NCBI GenBank assembly: GCA_964016885.1
Contig: OZ024743.1
Location: forward strand, 179,552,001 to 179,616,000
Length of the DNA: 64,000 nt
Reading direction: 5' to 3'
From: Eledone cirrhosa
Lineage: Eukaryota
Notes under the pieces: generated by a model
What the model saw: only the letters and a program-made list of their open reading frames with translations
Told to the model about the DNA's origin: nothing
Database searches by the model: none
Program-made: the position numbers and the translations under genes
Part shown: positions 27,628 to 41,072 of the stretch, in pieces
How positions within the stretch are numbered: the stretch's first letter is position 1
How the letters are laid out: every line of letters starts with the position of its first letter

Positions 27628-27644
27628 CTATATATATATATATA

Positions 27645-27792
27645 TTTATTAAAATAAAAGATTAAAGTTTAAGCAAAGAATCGCTGCTTTCACCCTTAAC
27701 GGGAACTTCTGAAACTAAAAAAATCAATCTGTGAACGCAGAAGTAAATATTTCGAAAAACGTTACAACCGAAGGAAGTCAGGAAGACGATAA
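27645..27792 (-). mobile_element. Solo terminal fragment of the 55.7-58.9 kb PLE family between TA runs
   Basis: Matches ~55755-55903; includes the HHR variant at 27666-27716. Confidence 0.88.
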
Positions 27793-27795
27793 ATG

Positions 27796-27838
<43 letters not shown>

Positions 27839-27960
27839 GGTAAATATTGATGCAATTCAAATCAAGCACTCAACGTACTTTTCCACATAGGAGTGACGGA
27901 GTAAATATCGAATAAGTAAAAGCGAAGTAGTTTCAGATGTTCAAGTCCTTTAATAATAAT

Positions 27961-28034
27961 GCTGTGATATATATTTCAATGACGACACTCTCCACACTGT
28001 TCTGTGTGCGAGTGTCGTGACATCATCAGACAGC
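27961..28034 (-). ncRNA. Canonical type I hammerhead ribozyme motif within element ~27835-28568
   Basis: GCTGT-CTGATGA-TGTC ACGACACTC G CACAC AGAACA GTGTG GA GAGTGTCGT CATT-GAAA TATATAT C-ACAGC; 5-bp stem I, long stem II, AUC triplet; tail hairpin at 27868-27902. Confidence 0.85.
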
Positions 28035-28328
28035 TTGTTACATAATAAGGTTGTTTCCGAGGCAATCCAAATTGAATCGACATGGGAACGGACGAAGTTC
28101 GTGCTTTTTCATCCGTTCCCTTTCCTTTTTCACCCCCACCGGTCTGCGCAAGCGCATGTCCGAAGGAAGTTGACCATTAGCACCGCAGATTTCAACGAAA
28201 TTCGCTGTCAGTGGCCCACCTATGCCTTGCCAAAGCTTACTGCTACCATCGCTACTGTGGCAGTCAGCCGAAAGCCAGAGGGGATGGGAGGGTGTTAGTT
28301 TTTATAGGTCATAATACTACCTTTCACT

Positions 28329-28568
28329 AAGCGTTGACAGTAAGACTGACCATCAACTCATAAGGTAAAATAAACTTAATTCTAGGTACTATGGTTTTAC
28401 ATAGTAAGTTAAAAGTGTTTAATTTATAATCTCTGATATTTGATTTAGGATTTTAACCTTTAATTTTATTCCCAACTCTCACTCTTAACTTACTATGTAA
28501 AACCATAGTACCTAGAATTAAGTTTATTTTACCTTATGAGTTGATGGTCAGTCTTACTGTCAACGCTT
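28329..28568. repeat. 89-bp near-perfect inverted repeat (28329-28417 / 28480-28568)
   Basis: One mismatch by eye; 62-nt spacer. Confidence 0.93.
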
Positions 28569-29455
28569 GAAGAGAAGAAGGTCGATTAAATTTACCTCAT
28601 TGCTATACTGGTATTTTATTTTATCTTTGAAACGATGAAATGCAAAGCTAACCTCACCAGGATTTGAGCTCATGTTGTCTGACGCTCTACCGATACTGCC
28701 ATGCACTCATTCTATAACACTCATTCTATAACATTCTTTAGTAGTAGGAAACATAACGATATTTCTAATGTGTTATGAATGGTTTTCAATAGACATTGGA
28801 AAATGGTGTCCATTAAATCTAGAAACACCATTAAATCTAGAAACAGTATAAAAATAATGACAGGAATAGGCGAAAGCCGGATTAAATATTTTGCAATAAT
28901 TTCTGTTGCTGTTGTTTATCGTCAGCTGTAATCCTAAAGATCTCTCATGATTTCTCCCTTATTCAGTGTAATATAATGTAAAAAGTACGAAATTATTTAA
29001 CGTGGGGGCTCTACTCATTTCTAAGACATTATGTTATACTATAGATTTGGGTATTTTTTCGATTACATCGAACTTTTTCGCCGAGACTCCTTTAGCTAGA
29101 AAAGATATGGTACTTCCCAAATATGTTCAGCTCCTTCCAAAGAGGTGAAATGAATGCGATTACTTCCTATCATTTTATGGGCTCAAATCTTTCTTAGACA
29201 TTTACCATCGTAAACAATAGAAGAAAGCACATTACATAAAGCCCGTCAATATAAGCCTAAATATATGGTTGGGATATCTTTGTTCAAAAGCCTTGTCGTT
29301 CAGGCTTGAAATGGTACCAAATTACAACCAAACAAAAGGTAAAATAATATAATACTGAAGTTGTCACTAAAATAAATACAGGTAATATATTTGAATTGTT
29401 TGAATCAAGTTAATTTATGCACCACTGTCACTCACACACAAACATTCGTAATAAT

Positions 29456-29645
29456 TGTTTCTATTTTTGGCACAATGCCAGAAATTATCCCAGTCTATTA
29501 CTGGTACTTTATTTTATCGACCCCGAAAGGATGAAAGGCAAAGTTAACCTCAGCGAGATTTAACCTCAGACCATAAAGGGACGTAACTCTTTGCTGCACA
29601 GAATGGCGTCCGACCCTCTACCGATACTGCCAACCCACCTTCTAA
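29456..29645 (-). mobile_element. tRNA-headed SINE with 12-bp TSD
   Basis: ATTCGTAATAAT at 29444-29455 and 29646-29657; family core present. Confidence 0.88.
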
Positions 29646-29662
29646 ATTCGTAATAATGTTAA

Positions 29663-30001
29663 CTATATAATACTAAAAGTCTGTGCTTGTTTGCCTGTAA
29701 TGCGATACAGCCAAAAGAGTACATAATGGGAAAATAGTTTGAAAGGAAGTTGACCCTGAAATGGGAATACAAATGGAATAAAACAAGTTTCGCGTAAATC
29801 AGACCACCGGTTCCCGAGATATGGGGTTTTTCCGTGTAACTTCATAAACAAAGAGAGTGAAAGATAGAGAAGAAGAGATAGTAGCTGTGACAGAATAGAC
29901 TGAAAGAGAGACATAGAGAGAGGAAGAGGAGACAGAGACGGAGAATGGAAGAATGCTGGTGATGCTGTGTATATATATATATATATATGTGAGTGTGTGT
30001 G

Positions 30002-30040
<39 letters not shown>

Positions 30041-30290
30041 TTGTGTGTGTTTGTGTGTGTCTATGATCAGTGCATATAGACCACAGACACTCACATATAT
30101 ATATACCCACACACATACATATATATATGTATATATATGTATACACACACATTTATATATATATACATACACACATATATATATATGGGCCTTCCGGTTT
30201 CATTTCACATTATATATATGTCTGTGTATATTTTAATTATTTAAAGAATATTTTGAAGTGAACGTGACCAACAGGTCACGGGTGATCTAG
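29663..30290 (+). mobile_element. Non-autonomous Helitron-like element carrying microsatellites
   Basis: Starts CTATATAATACTAAAAG; ends with hairpin CGTGACC-AACA-GGTCACG, 6 nt, then CTAG|T, the usual Helitron 3' signature. Confidence 0.7.
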
Positions 30291-31111
30291 TAAATACTAT
30301 TATTGTTAAATAAAACCATTACCAATATAAATAACAAGTTAAATAATGAGGAAATAAGACAGCCTATACACAGTTGTACCCTACTAATAATAGCAGAGAA
30401 ATCCTATTTAAATAACACTTTAAGATAGAGACACACAGTGGGGATTGACAAACCTGTTGTTTTTTTTCATCGATCGAGAAGATTCCAGACCTCATTTGCT
30501 CACCGAGAAGGGGGGGGGGGAACTCGTCAAATCAAACCAAGGAAACAAGGTTTCAATTGGTTTTTCAATTGCTGACATTTTCCATCTGTCGCATCTCCTG
30601 CTAGAAAGAGCAACTTGGAATAAAATGTTTTGATCAAAGACATAATGCATCATCCGGTCTGGGATCGAAATCGCAATCTCACAATTGAGGATCCAATTTT
30701 CTAACCACTAAGCCCCGTTCCTTCACTATTGGTATTTCTAGAGGACAATAAATCTATGGAATAGCCACGATTGGGATGTTAGTGTAGACATGTCTTCTCA
30801 TTAATGTTAGAACTTGGTTTAATCAACAATAAAAAAAAAGTTAAAATAAATTCTGTGTTTGAACTCCACCGAATTTCCTACACTTGAGGGTTGGTTATCA
30901 AACATAGATGAAACAGAATCAATAGAAACACACATACAATAATTAATAGTAATTACTGAAACACTAATTAATAAAAGTTGGATCTAACACAGCAAGTCGA
31001 ATGTAAAAGTTACATACATCAACATTTCTCCTCAGTCATCAACCTACAGGCGTACAACAAACACACACACATTTGTATATATATATATATGTGTTTGTGT
31101 GTGTGTGTGTA

Positions 31112-31154
<43 letters not shown>

Positions 31155-31449
31155 GGTGGCTGCTAATTCCATGCATACACACACATACACTTCTGTCCAC
31201 AGATATAAAAATGCACATTGAAACTAACACAAACGCAAGAAAATATTTGGACGCCTACCCTTTCTTTCTCATCTTTACGTATTTCTATACATACATATAT
31301 ACACATATACATTCACACACAGAAATACACACATGCACAAACAGACATATACGACGTGCATACACATGTATATATATTCACACATGTAACCACATAAACA
31401 CACACACACGCGCGCGCGCGCGCGTGTGTGTGTTTATTGTTGATTTGTG

Positions 31450-31965
31450 ACAAATGCATAAACTTAAACACATCCAAACTTTAACATGAGTGTGCATGTG
31501 TGTGTGTGTATGTATGTGCTTGTGTGTCCGTGTGTCTTTGCATGCGTATGTATGTGTGCCTGTGTGTGTTTGCTTGTATGTGTATGTGTGACTTTGCATG
31601 TTTGTGTCTTTTTCTATGTGTCTGTTTACATATGAGTTTCTGTGTGAGTTTGCATGTATGTGTATGTGTAAGTTTGCGTGTCTTTTTCCACGTATTTCAC
31701 GCGTGCCTGTGTGTCCCATCTGTCTGTATGTGTGTGTCTTTGTGGCTGTGGCTGTATGTGTGTATGTGTGTGTTTGTAAGTCTGTATGCATATCCGTGTC
31801 TGTGTGTATGTGTGTGTTTGTAAGTGTATGCATATCCGTGTCTCTGTGTGTATGTGTGTGTTTGCAAGTATGTATGTGTGTTTGCAAGTGTGCCTGTACG
31901 TCCGTGCCTGTTTAGATACATGTATATGTATGTGTTTGTTGTGTGTGCCAGTGTGTTCATGTGTG
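31450..31965. repeat. Degenerate (TG)-rich low-complexity tract
   Basis: TGTG/TATG mosaic; it generates the C/V- and H/T-rich ORFs. Confidence 0.9.
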
Positions 31966-32309
31966 CGATAATGCCCCTGTTTATGTGGGTGTATGGATCT
32001 TACAGTATTGATCATTAATGACAAGCAGTTGGTTGTTATTTGTTGCTACAATCAATAACATAATGCATTCCACACACCACCTCCCCGCCCTCTATCACCA
32101 GCAGTAATTTATTAGAGACCAATAGAGGGAGAAGGAGAGAGAGAGTCAGAATTACTTACAGGGTAACAGTAAAGGAGAGTTAGGTGGAGGCTGAGAAAAT
32201 TAGAGAGTGAGAGCGAAAAAGAGAGAGAGAAAGAGAAAAAAGAGAGAGGGAGATATATATATATAGAGAGAGAGAGAGAGCGAGAGAGAGAGAGAGGGAG
32301 AGAGAGAGA

Positions 32310-32345
<36 letters not shown>

Positions 32346-34039
32346 CTAATTAAATAGCTGTATACGTTGCGTCTTTACTTTGGAAATAAGAGTGGACTGT
32401 CGGCTATGTTTTTCCCCTCTCATATTATTAAGAAATATTATGAAAAATGATTATTACAGCTGTTGGTGTGGAATAATTCATGATTAATATTATAATGATT
32501 CTGGTTGTTGTTAAGCCCCTTAACCAACCATGTTATAAAGACATTCTTTCTTGTTCTGACCATCCAGTCTTTTTTTACTCCCATTAACTAAGATAAAGTT
32601 ATACAAATATTCCATTTATTTATTTGTTTTTTGTATGGGGATAAATTCTGATTCAACTTTTTCCGTAACTGCTGATCGAGTTGTAGGGTACTATATTGTC
32701 ATACGGCGTTTCTAGGACATTTTAAAACCTGGCGGAGCCCATTTCTTCTCCAGGTCTGAATGCAGCAGATTTCTGCCAGAGAAGGATAGAAAATATGAAG
32801 AAATAGAAGTGAGGAAGAGATGTAGAGAAAGTATTTACCCCAGTACTAGACTGCTACTTTTTTTTATCGATGTCGAATGGATGAAAGGCAAAGTTGACTT
32901 CGGCTGGATTTGAAACCAGAGAGCAAAGAGACAAAATCTAATTACAGGCAGATTCGATAAAAATGTAAAGATAGAATATTTTGCGGGAGTCGTTCCGACT
33001 CTGCAATCTGGTATCAAATTGTTCCAATGTCAACTTTGCCTTTCATACTGTGAAGTTGCAGCGCATTAGAGGGAGGAATGTTCCTTATATCTCACCTCAC
33101 CTTCCCATTGAGAGATTTGACTAAACACCCACATAACAAGTTTCATTATTGATGAGTTGCAGAAATGGTAGAGCGAATTAATACAACTCGTCGGACAGAC
33201 ATCTGGATTTTTTAATTTCATAACTGTACGTTTTAATTTCAAATCCCACCAGTGCAGATCTTTTGTTTAATGTCATGGACTTTGGGCTTTTCTTTTGGAT
33301 ACAGAGTAGCCGAAATGGTTAAAAAATGTGCTTCGCTATCATTACGTCCTGAGTTCGATCCCAAGTATGGACAAGTATCATTTACCATAATCTCGGGTCG
33401 ACTCATGAGTTTTGGATGAAATTTGATAGCTGAAAACTATTTGGAAACTAGCTAAGTCATCTGTACCTGTAATTAATGTGGAACTTTGAATCACTTGTGT
33501 TTATAAACGGTTGTTTAGTAGGTTACAGCTGTTTACCCCTCTTCCTCACATTGTTTTCTTTTAATCTTTGTTATAAACATTTCTTTCGCACGATAAGCCC
33601 ACCCAAATTCAGTACCGTCTTTATTGTCCCCTTAATGTAATCCCTTAGATGAATAAGGATATCTATATTTTCTTATACTCATCTTCCAGAGGATCAAGAT
33701 TTCTAACCAAGAATCACATGTACATACAACAGGACAATGAAATAACTTTACAAATATTAAGGTTAGAATAAACGTTGTTTAGATATATCTCAAAAATTGA
33801 TCTGTATTGGATATATCTCAATAATTGATTGGTATCGGATATGTGTCAATAAGTGATCGGTATTTATTTTATCTGAGACAGAAGATGTCACACGGAGTCA
33901 ACTCCTGTAGAATAGAATTTCAGAACATAAATCAGCATAACAAAATACTCTAATATATTCTGCTTTTTCTCCCATGCAGCACACGTCATTTTCTTATTCT
34001 TCCTCTTCGCCTACTTATTCCTGAGAGGGTCATGGGGGC

Positions 34040-34295
34040 GGAGTTCTCAAACACGTTTCCAACGGATACGGCTGGATCCCCAAACGAGACCAGCCGAGTT
34101 CATGGATATTATCGAACCATCTTTCTTGGGGTTTACCCCTGGGCCTCCTGCCGGTTCGATTTGCCCGTACAATCTGTACAACGATTCTTTCCTGGGACAT
34201 TCTAACCACATGCCCATAGTATCGGAGCTGTTATCTCTCAATTCGGAGAGGTAACAGTTTTAAGCGGAGTGACTCTCTTATCTCCGAACTACGCA
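34040..34295 (-). mobile_element. RTE-clade LINE 3' fragment
   Basis: Manual translation: LLRIERQQLRYYGHVVRMSQERIVVQIVRANRTGRRPRGKPQERWFDNIHELGWSRLGIQP. Confidence 0.82.
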
Positions 34296-34774
34296 CTCTT
34301 TCTATTTATTACTGTATTTTTATCTAAAAATCTGGGATTCCTATTTAGTGAGGTAGAAGGCCTAATCGATAGAAGATCGAACAAAATGGATTGTCTTATT
34401 TCTTTATGTTTCTTTACACCACGAACGTGGAGATATGCGTTTTATCCTTCTGTGGGTTTTAAAATTAATATCAATCTATTATGGAGAACGCGTTAATCTA
34501 CAATTCCTCCATCCACTCAATAATTTCCTATTCATGACCCATATAAGACATTATGTATAATATGATTCTGCTTGACTATCATACTTTCAACTTTCTTTAA
34601 ATATGAACGAAGAACGACAACATATCCAGAAATTTTAACATAACGAAACAGAGTTGTGAATATATGTAAAGATATACAGCAATAGAAAGAACATTTATAG
34701 AACATAGAACATCCATTTATCCCATCAATTCATATTATTATCATTATTATATATTTTCATATATATATATATGA

Positions 34775-35565
34775 GTGGTGGATTGGCAGTATCTGTAGAG
34801 GGTCGGACGCCATGCTTTGCAGCATAGAGTTACGTTCCTTTATGTTCTGAGTACAAATCTCGCCGACGTTTAATTTGCTGTTCATCCTTACGGGGTCGAT
34901 AAAATAAAGTACCAGTCACGCACTGGGGTCGATTTGATCGACTTTCCCATCCCTCAAAATTGCTGGCCTTGTGCCTGTATAAGAAATCATTATTATATAT
35001 TTTCATTGTTAAATTGATTTCGCTATTGTGCAAATTTTGCTTATTGTAACCCCCCACTGTCCATGCCTTGTATGGTCTCCCACATGTTGGCCCTTGTCGC
35101 CAATAAATTAAATCATTATCCTTATTATTATTAGGGTGGTAGCTGGCAGAATCGGTAGAGCGTGTGACAACATGCCTGGCGGCATATAGTTACGTCACTA
35201 TATGTTCGGAGATCAAATCCGGCCGAGGTTATTCTTATCTTTCATCCTTATGGGGTCGATAAAATAAAGTACCATTAATGTACTGGATATTTGCTGGCCT
35301 TGTGCCTAAAATAGAAAAAAAAATGATTACTAAAATGATTACTACTAGGTTGGTAGATTGGCAGAATCGTTAGAGTGTCGGACAACATGCTTCACGGCAG
35401 AGAATTATGGCCCTTTACGTTCGGAGTTCAAATCCCACCGAGGTTAGCCTTGCCTTTCATCCTTATGGGGTCGATAAACTAAAGAACCAGTAATGCACTG
35501 GGGTAGATTTAATCGACCCCCCCCCCCCCCCGTAAATTGCTGGCCTTGTGTCTAAATCAGAAACC
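34775..35565 (+). mobile_element. Cluster of three same-orientation SINEs (~34775-34990, ~35134-35315, ~35348-35565)
   Basis: Each has TGGCAG..TCG/TGTAGAG head, B-box, TTCATCCTTA(C/T)GGGGTCGATAAA core and GCTGGCCTTGTG tail. Confidence 0.9.
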
Positions 35566-37757
35566 ATTGTTATTACTAATATTGTTGTTGTTGTAATTCA
35601 TTTTGTTTTCTGCTGCATATTTCTAATTAGTTTTGTTGTTATTTGCATAATGGGTGCAGTTACTGTTGTTTGCTTTGGGAATCTATTATATCTCTGATTA
35701 ATTCTGATCCAAATTTAGAACATATTCGATCGTTTGATCTGGATTCATTTCGTTTATTGTTATTTTTACTTTCTTTCTTTCTATTTTCACACATGCTTCT
35801 ATTTCTGGTTATATTGGTATAAGAATATTTTTATATGACAACTGAATCAATACATGATGCATCGTTTACTCAACGATAGAGAAATAACAAAATAAAATAA
35901 ATAATAAAAAAATATATATTTCCACATCAAACAGAAAATAATTCATATACACTGATGAAATGGAATTGATGAAGAGTGATATAAAAAACAATGATGTCGT
36001 TTTAAGTGGTAACTGTGAACAGCATTTAATTAGGAGTAAGCTGCCGAGGGTCCGAGTTTGCGAGATGTTTTCGGTTCGTCATTGATGACAAAAAGCATTT
36101 CACTTCAATAAGATTTGTAAGGATGTTAACAAAAGCAAGAACATCATGGAGCACATTGATCATTTACATTTGCATCGGTTTTATTGCCATTGACTAAAGA
36201 AGTCGTTACGACGAATTGATGGTTTTGGACTCCCAGTATGGCAGTAATATTTTCAGTCAAATTAATATCCACAAGCTATATCGACTTAAGTTGTAAGTAA
36301 GATAAATTCCTCTTGGAAAAGTGTGAATTTTGCAATTGGAATTGTGTATATGGTGCTTCTTATGCTTGTATTAGAGCAGTTAAATTCAAATCAAATATAC
36401 AGAAATGCAAGGCGGTGTCAAAAGTGATTGATTATGGTAGCGTGTTGTAAGATAATGATATTAGACCGCTGGGACATCAGTGAATACCAAGATTTCATAT
36501 TGTAATTCAAAGGGAAATAACACGGTTTGTGGCATTCAATTATATTGTTCAGTTCTACAAAACGACTTCAATTTAATACTACAATCTAATGAAATGTATG
36601 TTACCATGCTGCATTTATATAATGATGAGCTCACGGAAGAACTACTGTGAGTCACTCGGTCTTCTGGAAATACCAGCCAAATCGTCTTCAAAACACATTC
36701 TGCTGTCTGCAAACCAGAAAAAAAACAGACGATAATGCAGTTCAACAACAATGAATAGAAGAGAGTTAGGGTTACGGTTGGGGTTAGGGTTACATAAGTA
36801 CAAGCCTGTATGCAAATGGCATTCGAATGACAGAATATAAATGTACATATTCAAAGCAAAGTCAAAACAAATTAATTACGGTGGCACTTTGTACGATAAA
36901 AATAGTTGGAACATCAGTGAGTATTTCGATTGAAGTTGAAATACGTGTGTGTGATAGAAGGGGGCTGGCGGCTGAAAAAGTTCTGGCTTTAAGGGTGTCA
37001 AACAAGTCTGTTTGGAGAACCTACATTCCAAGTTCATTTTAAATGACTTAGAACGTTGCAATAAATGTGTGAATCTGAGAGGGGAATATGTTAAATAAAA
37101 TCAATAATTAGTTGATACTCTCATATTTTCCTTTACCCAAAGCCAGGACGTTTTCAGCAACCCCTCGTTCAGAATAAAATCTTACAGAACTAAAGAGTGA
37201 AAATAGTTTTTTCGTCGCTCGGCGAAGTCTGCCATCTACCGTACCAGTTAAAACAAGCATTTGGTTTCATTTTTTAAATGTTTATCGTTAACAAGTGTTT
37301 TTTTACTCACAAATCATGACAAATAATAAAAAAAAATATCTATTTGTGACATTTTTAGAATGATTTGTGAATATTAAAAATGTATTCGTAAAGTATAAGT
37401 TTAACAAAATTCCCTGCTAATGAGCTGGAAAAAAAGAATAATTATGAAAACCCAACAACAACAACAATACATATATAAAAATGTTAAGCTAAATTTATAA
37501 ATGTAGTAAAGTGTAATAAAAGTTTATTACAAGTAATCTCTGTATTGGAATAAATTGTTAAGGTAGATAATATATTCTCAGTCATTAGTAAATATAACTG
37601 TTAAAGCTAATTTAAAAGTAATATTTCTCTTATTTGCCTTTTAGTTGTGTTTTGTTTTATGTTTATCTGAGTCTGTAAATGTACATTTGGTGAATCCTAA
37701 CTTAAACGACTAAAATAAGCAGAATGAATTAAAATCTAAGATCTACATAATAATATA

Positions 37758-38130
37758 TTTCATGAACCATGGCTTGCTCTTGCGAAATTTAACACTTTCG
37801 CTCCAGCGAAAGTGTTAAATTCCGCAAGAGCAAGAGATTTCATAAACCATGGCTTACTCTTGCCAGATTTAACACTTTCTATCCAATATTTCATAAACCA
37901 TGGCACACCCGTGCCATATTTAATCCTTGTGTTACAATATTCCATAAACCATGGCTTACTCTTGCTAGATTTAACCCTTCTTATCCAATATTTCATGAAC
38001 AATGGTTTACTCTTGTCACATTTAACCCTTTCGATACAATATTTCATAAACCATGACTTATTCCTGCCAGCTTTAACTCTTCTAGTTCAACATTTCATAA
38101 AACTTGGCTTACTCTTGCTAGATTTAACTA
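37758..38130. repeat. 51-bp minisatellite, about 7 units
   Basis: TTTCATAAACCATGG-like unit starts at 37758, 37838, 37889, 37940, 37991, 38042, 38093. Confidence 0.93.
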
Positions 38131-39433
38131 TATATGGCTAATATGGATATTTACCATTCATCTCATTTTTGCACACGAATACGTATACAGTGGTACATAG
38201 ATATGTCTGAATTTGTATGTGAGTGAATCCGTGTGTGTTTGGGTGCACCCTTCCGTGTATTTGTGTGTGTATGTGAGTACACCCGTTTGTATGTGTGTGT
38301 ATGTACACAAGGCTTTCCCTGAGCAAGACACCAGTGTATCGCATGTTTCATTCCCCCAGCTACTGCTGGAATTCATCTAAGCTGAGTGCAACGTGAAATA
38401 GTGTTTTACTCTGTTTTTCTCAAGAACACAGCGAGGTAGCCTGTCCTGGAATCGAACCGGTGACATTACGATCGTACGTCAAGCATCCTAATAATTAGGT
38501 CGTTCAAAATACAGGCACAGTCCATCGGAAGAGCTTCCAAAATGTTCCCGTCTACATCATTTCAGTCGAAAAGCTTAGGTTTTAATAAGGCTGTAGTAAG
38601 TTACCTTCACCCAAGATTACACGCAGTGAGATTTAACCAGAAATAACATAATTGAGGAGCAATATTTTTAACTTTTTGGCCATACTACGCCCACATTCAC
38701 TCAGTATCAATACAGTACCCCCCCCCCCCCACACACACATACAAAATATGTCATTTATAACATAAGATTCAACACACCGTAAATTGTACCGCAAATAAAT
38801 ATAATTAAACACTATGTCGATGCATCCGGCATTAAAGTGTCGAAGACAAGCTGTCAAAGTATTGAATCTCATTTTGATTATTTCTGAAGAATGTCGCTAG
38901 ACACCAGTTATATCATTTATTTGAATCTGTCTTCCTAACGTTCGATTTTACCTTTATTATATATATCACTGAAGAAGAAGAAGAAGAAGAAGATGATGAT
39001 GATGGGGAAAGAAAAAAGAGAAGGGGAGGATGAGGATGTGAAGTAGGTGGAGGAATAATAGATGATGCAGGCGTGGTAGGCGAATGTAACGATGGTGCCG
39101 AAGTAGATTATAATGCAGAATAAGGGAATCTTTATTTTATTATACTATCCATGTGAAAGATAAATTTTGAAGCAACTGTGTTCCTTGCAGTAATAAAGTT
39201 TCTGCTTGTTTCCTTTTTATTTTGATGTTGACATATATGGAAATTATTTTGATGTATATGCTACGACTTCACTGAAAGTTTCATATAAGAAATTATTTAA
39301 ACATCTCAAGGCAGAAATCTATGACGACGCCATTTTCTTAGCTAAGAAGAAAAAAACGAAACTTGAAATATCATTGCAGGTGTTGAAGACAAATGCTGTA
39401 CGAATAGTATCGGTGATATTTAAACGATTTTTT

Positions 39434-39476
<43 letters not shown>

Positions 39477-39533
39477 GTGTGTGTGAATATATATATGCGT
39501 AAATATATGTATGTATATATATATATAATTATG

Positions 39534-39564
<31 letters not shown>

Positions 39565-39567
39565 AAA

Positions 39568-39601
<34 letters not shown>

Positions 39602-39660
39602 CGTATATATATATGTGTAAATATATATATATATATATGTGTGTGTTTGTGTGTTTGTGT

Positions 39661-39694
<34 letters not shown>

Positions 39695-40049
39695 CTATTT
39701 ATCTAGCTATCTATATATATATGTGTGTGTGTGAGAGCGTGACTGTGTAAGTATGTGTGTGTTTTTATAGTTTTCAATGTTCTTGAATATTTGCAGCTTT
39801 TTGTAAAAATCGTCACTGTTTACTTCATGTATATTTCTATAGACATATGTGTGTGTGTTGATGTAGGATTGAACAGTACAATGGATGACATTTGAGTCGA
39901 TAATGGTAAAGTCTGAAATATACAGTTTATAACGAAAAGTAAGTCTAGTATGATTATGAAAATCATATACCTTACACCAGAGGACGAAAACAAATTATCG
40001 ATCAGTAAATAATAATAGCTTCTTTAATTCTCTATTTATTATTATTTAG

Positions 40050-40262
40050 GATTGGCAGTGTCGTAGAGTGCCGGACACCCTGCCTTACAGCATAGAGTAA
40101 CGGCTATTTACGTTCTGAGTTACAAATCCTGCCGAGGTTAGCTTTGCCTTTCATCCTTATGGAGTTGATAGAATAAAGCACCATTAACGTACTGGCGCCG
40201 ATATAATCGACTTTCCCCTCTCCCCGAAAAATTGCTGACCTTGTGCCTAAACTAGGAACAAA
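40050..40262 (+). mobile_element. tRNA-headed SINE
   Basis: Head, core and tail present. Confidence 0.85.
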
Positions 40263-40299
40263 TATTATTATTATTAAAAAGAACTACGCTCAATAACAA

Positions 40300-40635
40300 G
40301 AGAGGCAATCAAATTTAGGCAAAAACTGAACATGGAACAAGACATACCCATAGAAAATCAACAACAGAGTGCTGCACAGCAAGCTATGACTGTGAAGATC
40401 AAAGCAAAGAAACTCTAAATAGAGGAACTAAATCGTGAATGAAAGTCAAAACCTCTACATGGCAGATTCCCAGAACTATTTTATGACAATGTTATCGATC
40501 AGTATGGCTCTCTATCCTACTCCAGAAGTGTTGGTTTGAAAGCAGAGACTGGGGGACTCTTAGTTGTTGCATAAGACCAATCTCTAAACACTCGTGTCAA
40601 TAGACACAGAATAGTGACTAATGGGACTGGCCCAA
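40300..40635 (+). mobile_element. R4/Dong-like LINE C-terminal fragment
   Basis: Manual translation KSKPLHGRFPE...GLKAETGGLLVVA*DQSLNTR resembles the ETEG..AAQDQ block of RLE-type elements. Confidence 0.7.
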
Positions 40636-41072
40636 CAATTTGTAGAGGTGGGGGGGGGGGGGGCAGTCGATTAAATCAACCACAATGCGTAATTGCTACT
40701 TCCTTTTATCGACCTTGTAAGGATGAAAGGCAAAGCTAACCTCGGCAGGATTTAAAACTCAACGTAATGGGCGGTAATTCTATGTCAGAAAGCATTTTGT
40801 CCGAGGGTCTGCCGATTCTGCCAATCCATCACCATAATAATAGTAATGATAATAATAATTGTTTCTACTTTAGGCACAAGGCCAGCAATTTTGGAGGAAG
40901 GGAAAATCGATTAAATTAACCTCAATACAGTATTACTGTTTTATGTATCAGCCCCGTCAGGATGAAAGTCAAAGCTAAGCTCATCGGAATTTAAACTCAG
41001 AACGGAAAGGACCACAACCCTATGCCGCAACGCATGTTGTCCGACTCCCAACTAGTTCTGCCAATCTACCGC
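40635..41072 (-). mobile_element. Two tandem SINE copies
   Basis: AAGGATGAAAGGCAAAGCTAACCTCGGCAGGATTTAAAACTC and a second copy at 40860-41072. Confidence 0.85.

Noticed and set aside
36767-36792. TTAGGG-like repeats
   Set aside because: Only about four degenerate units; not a telomeric array.
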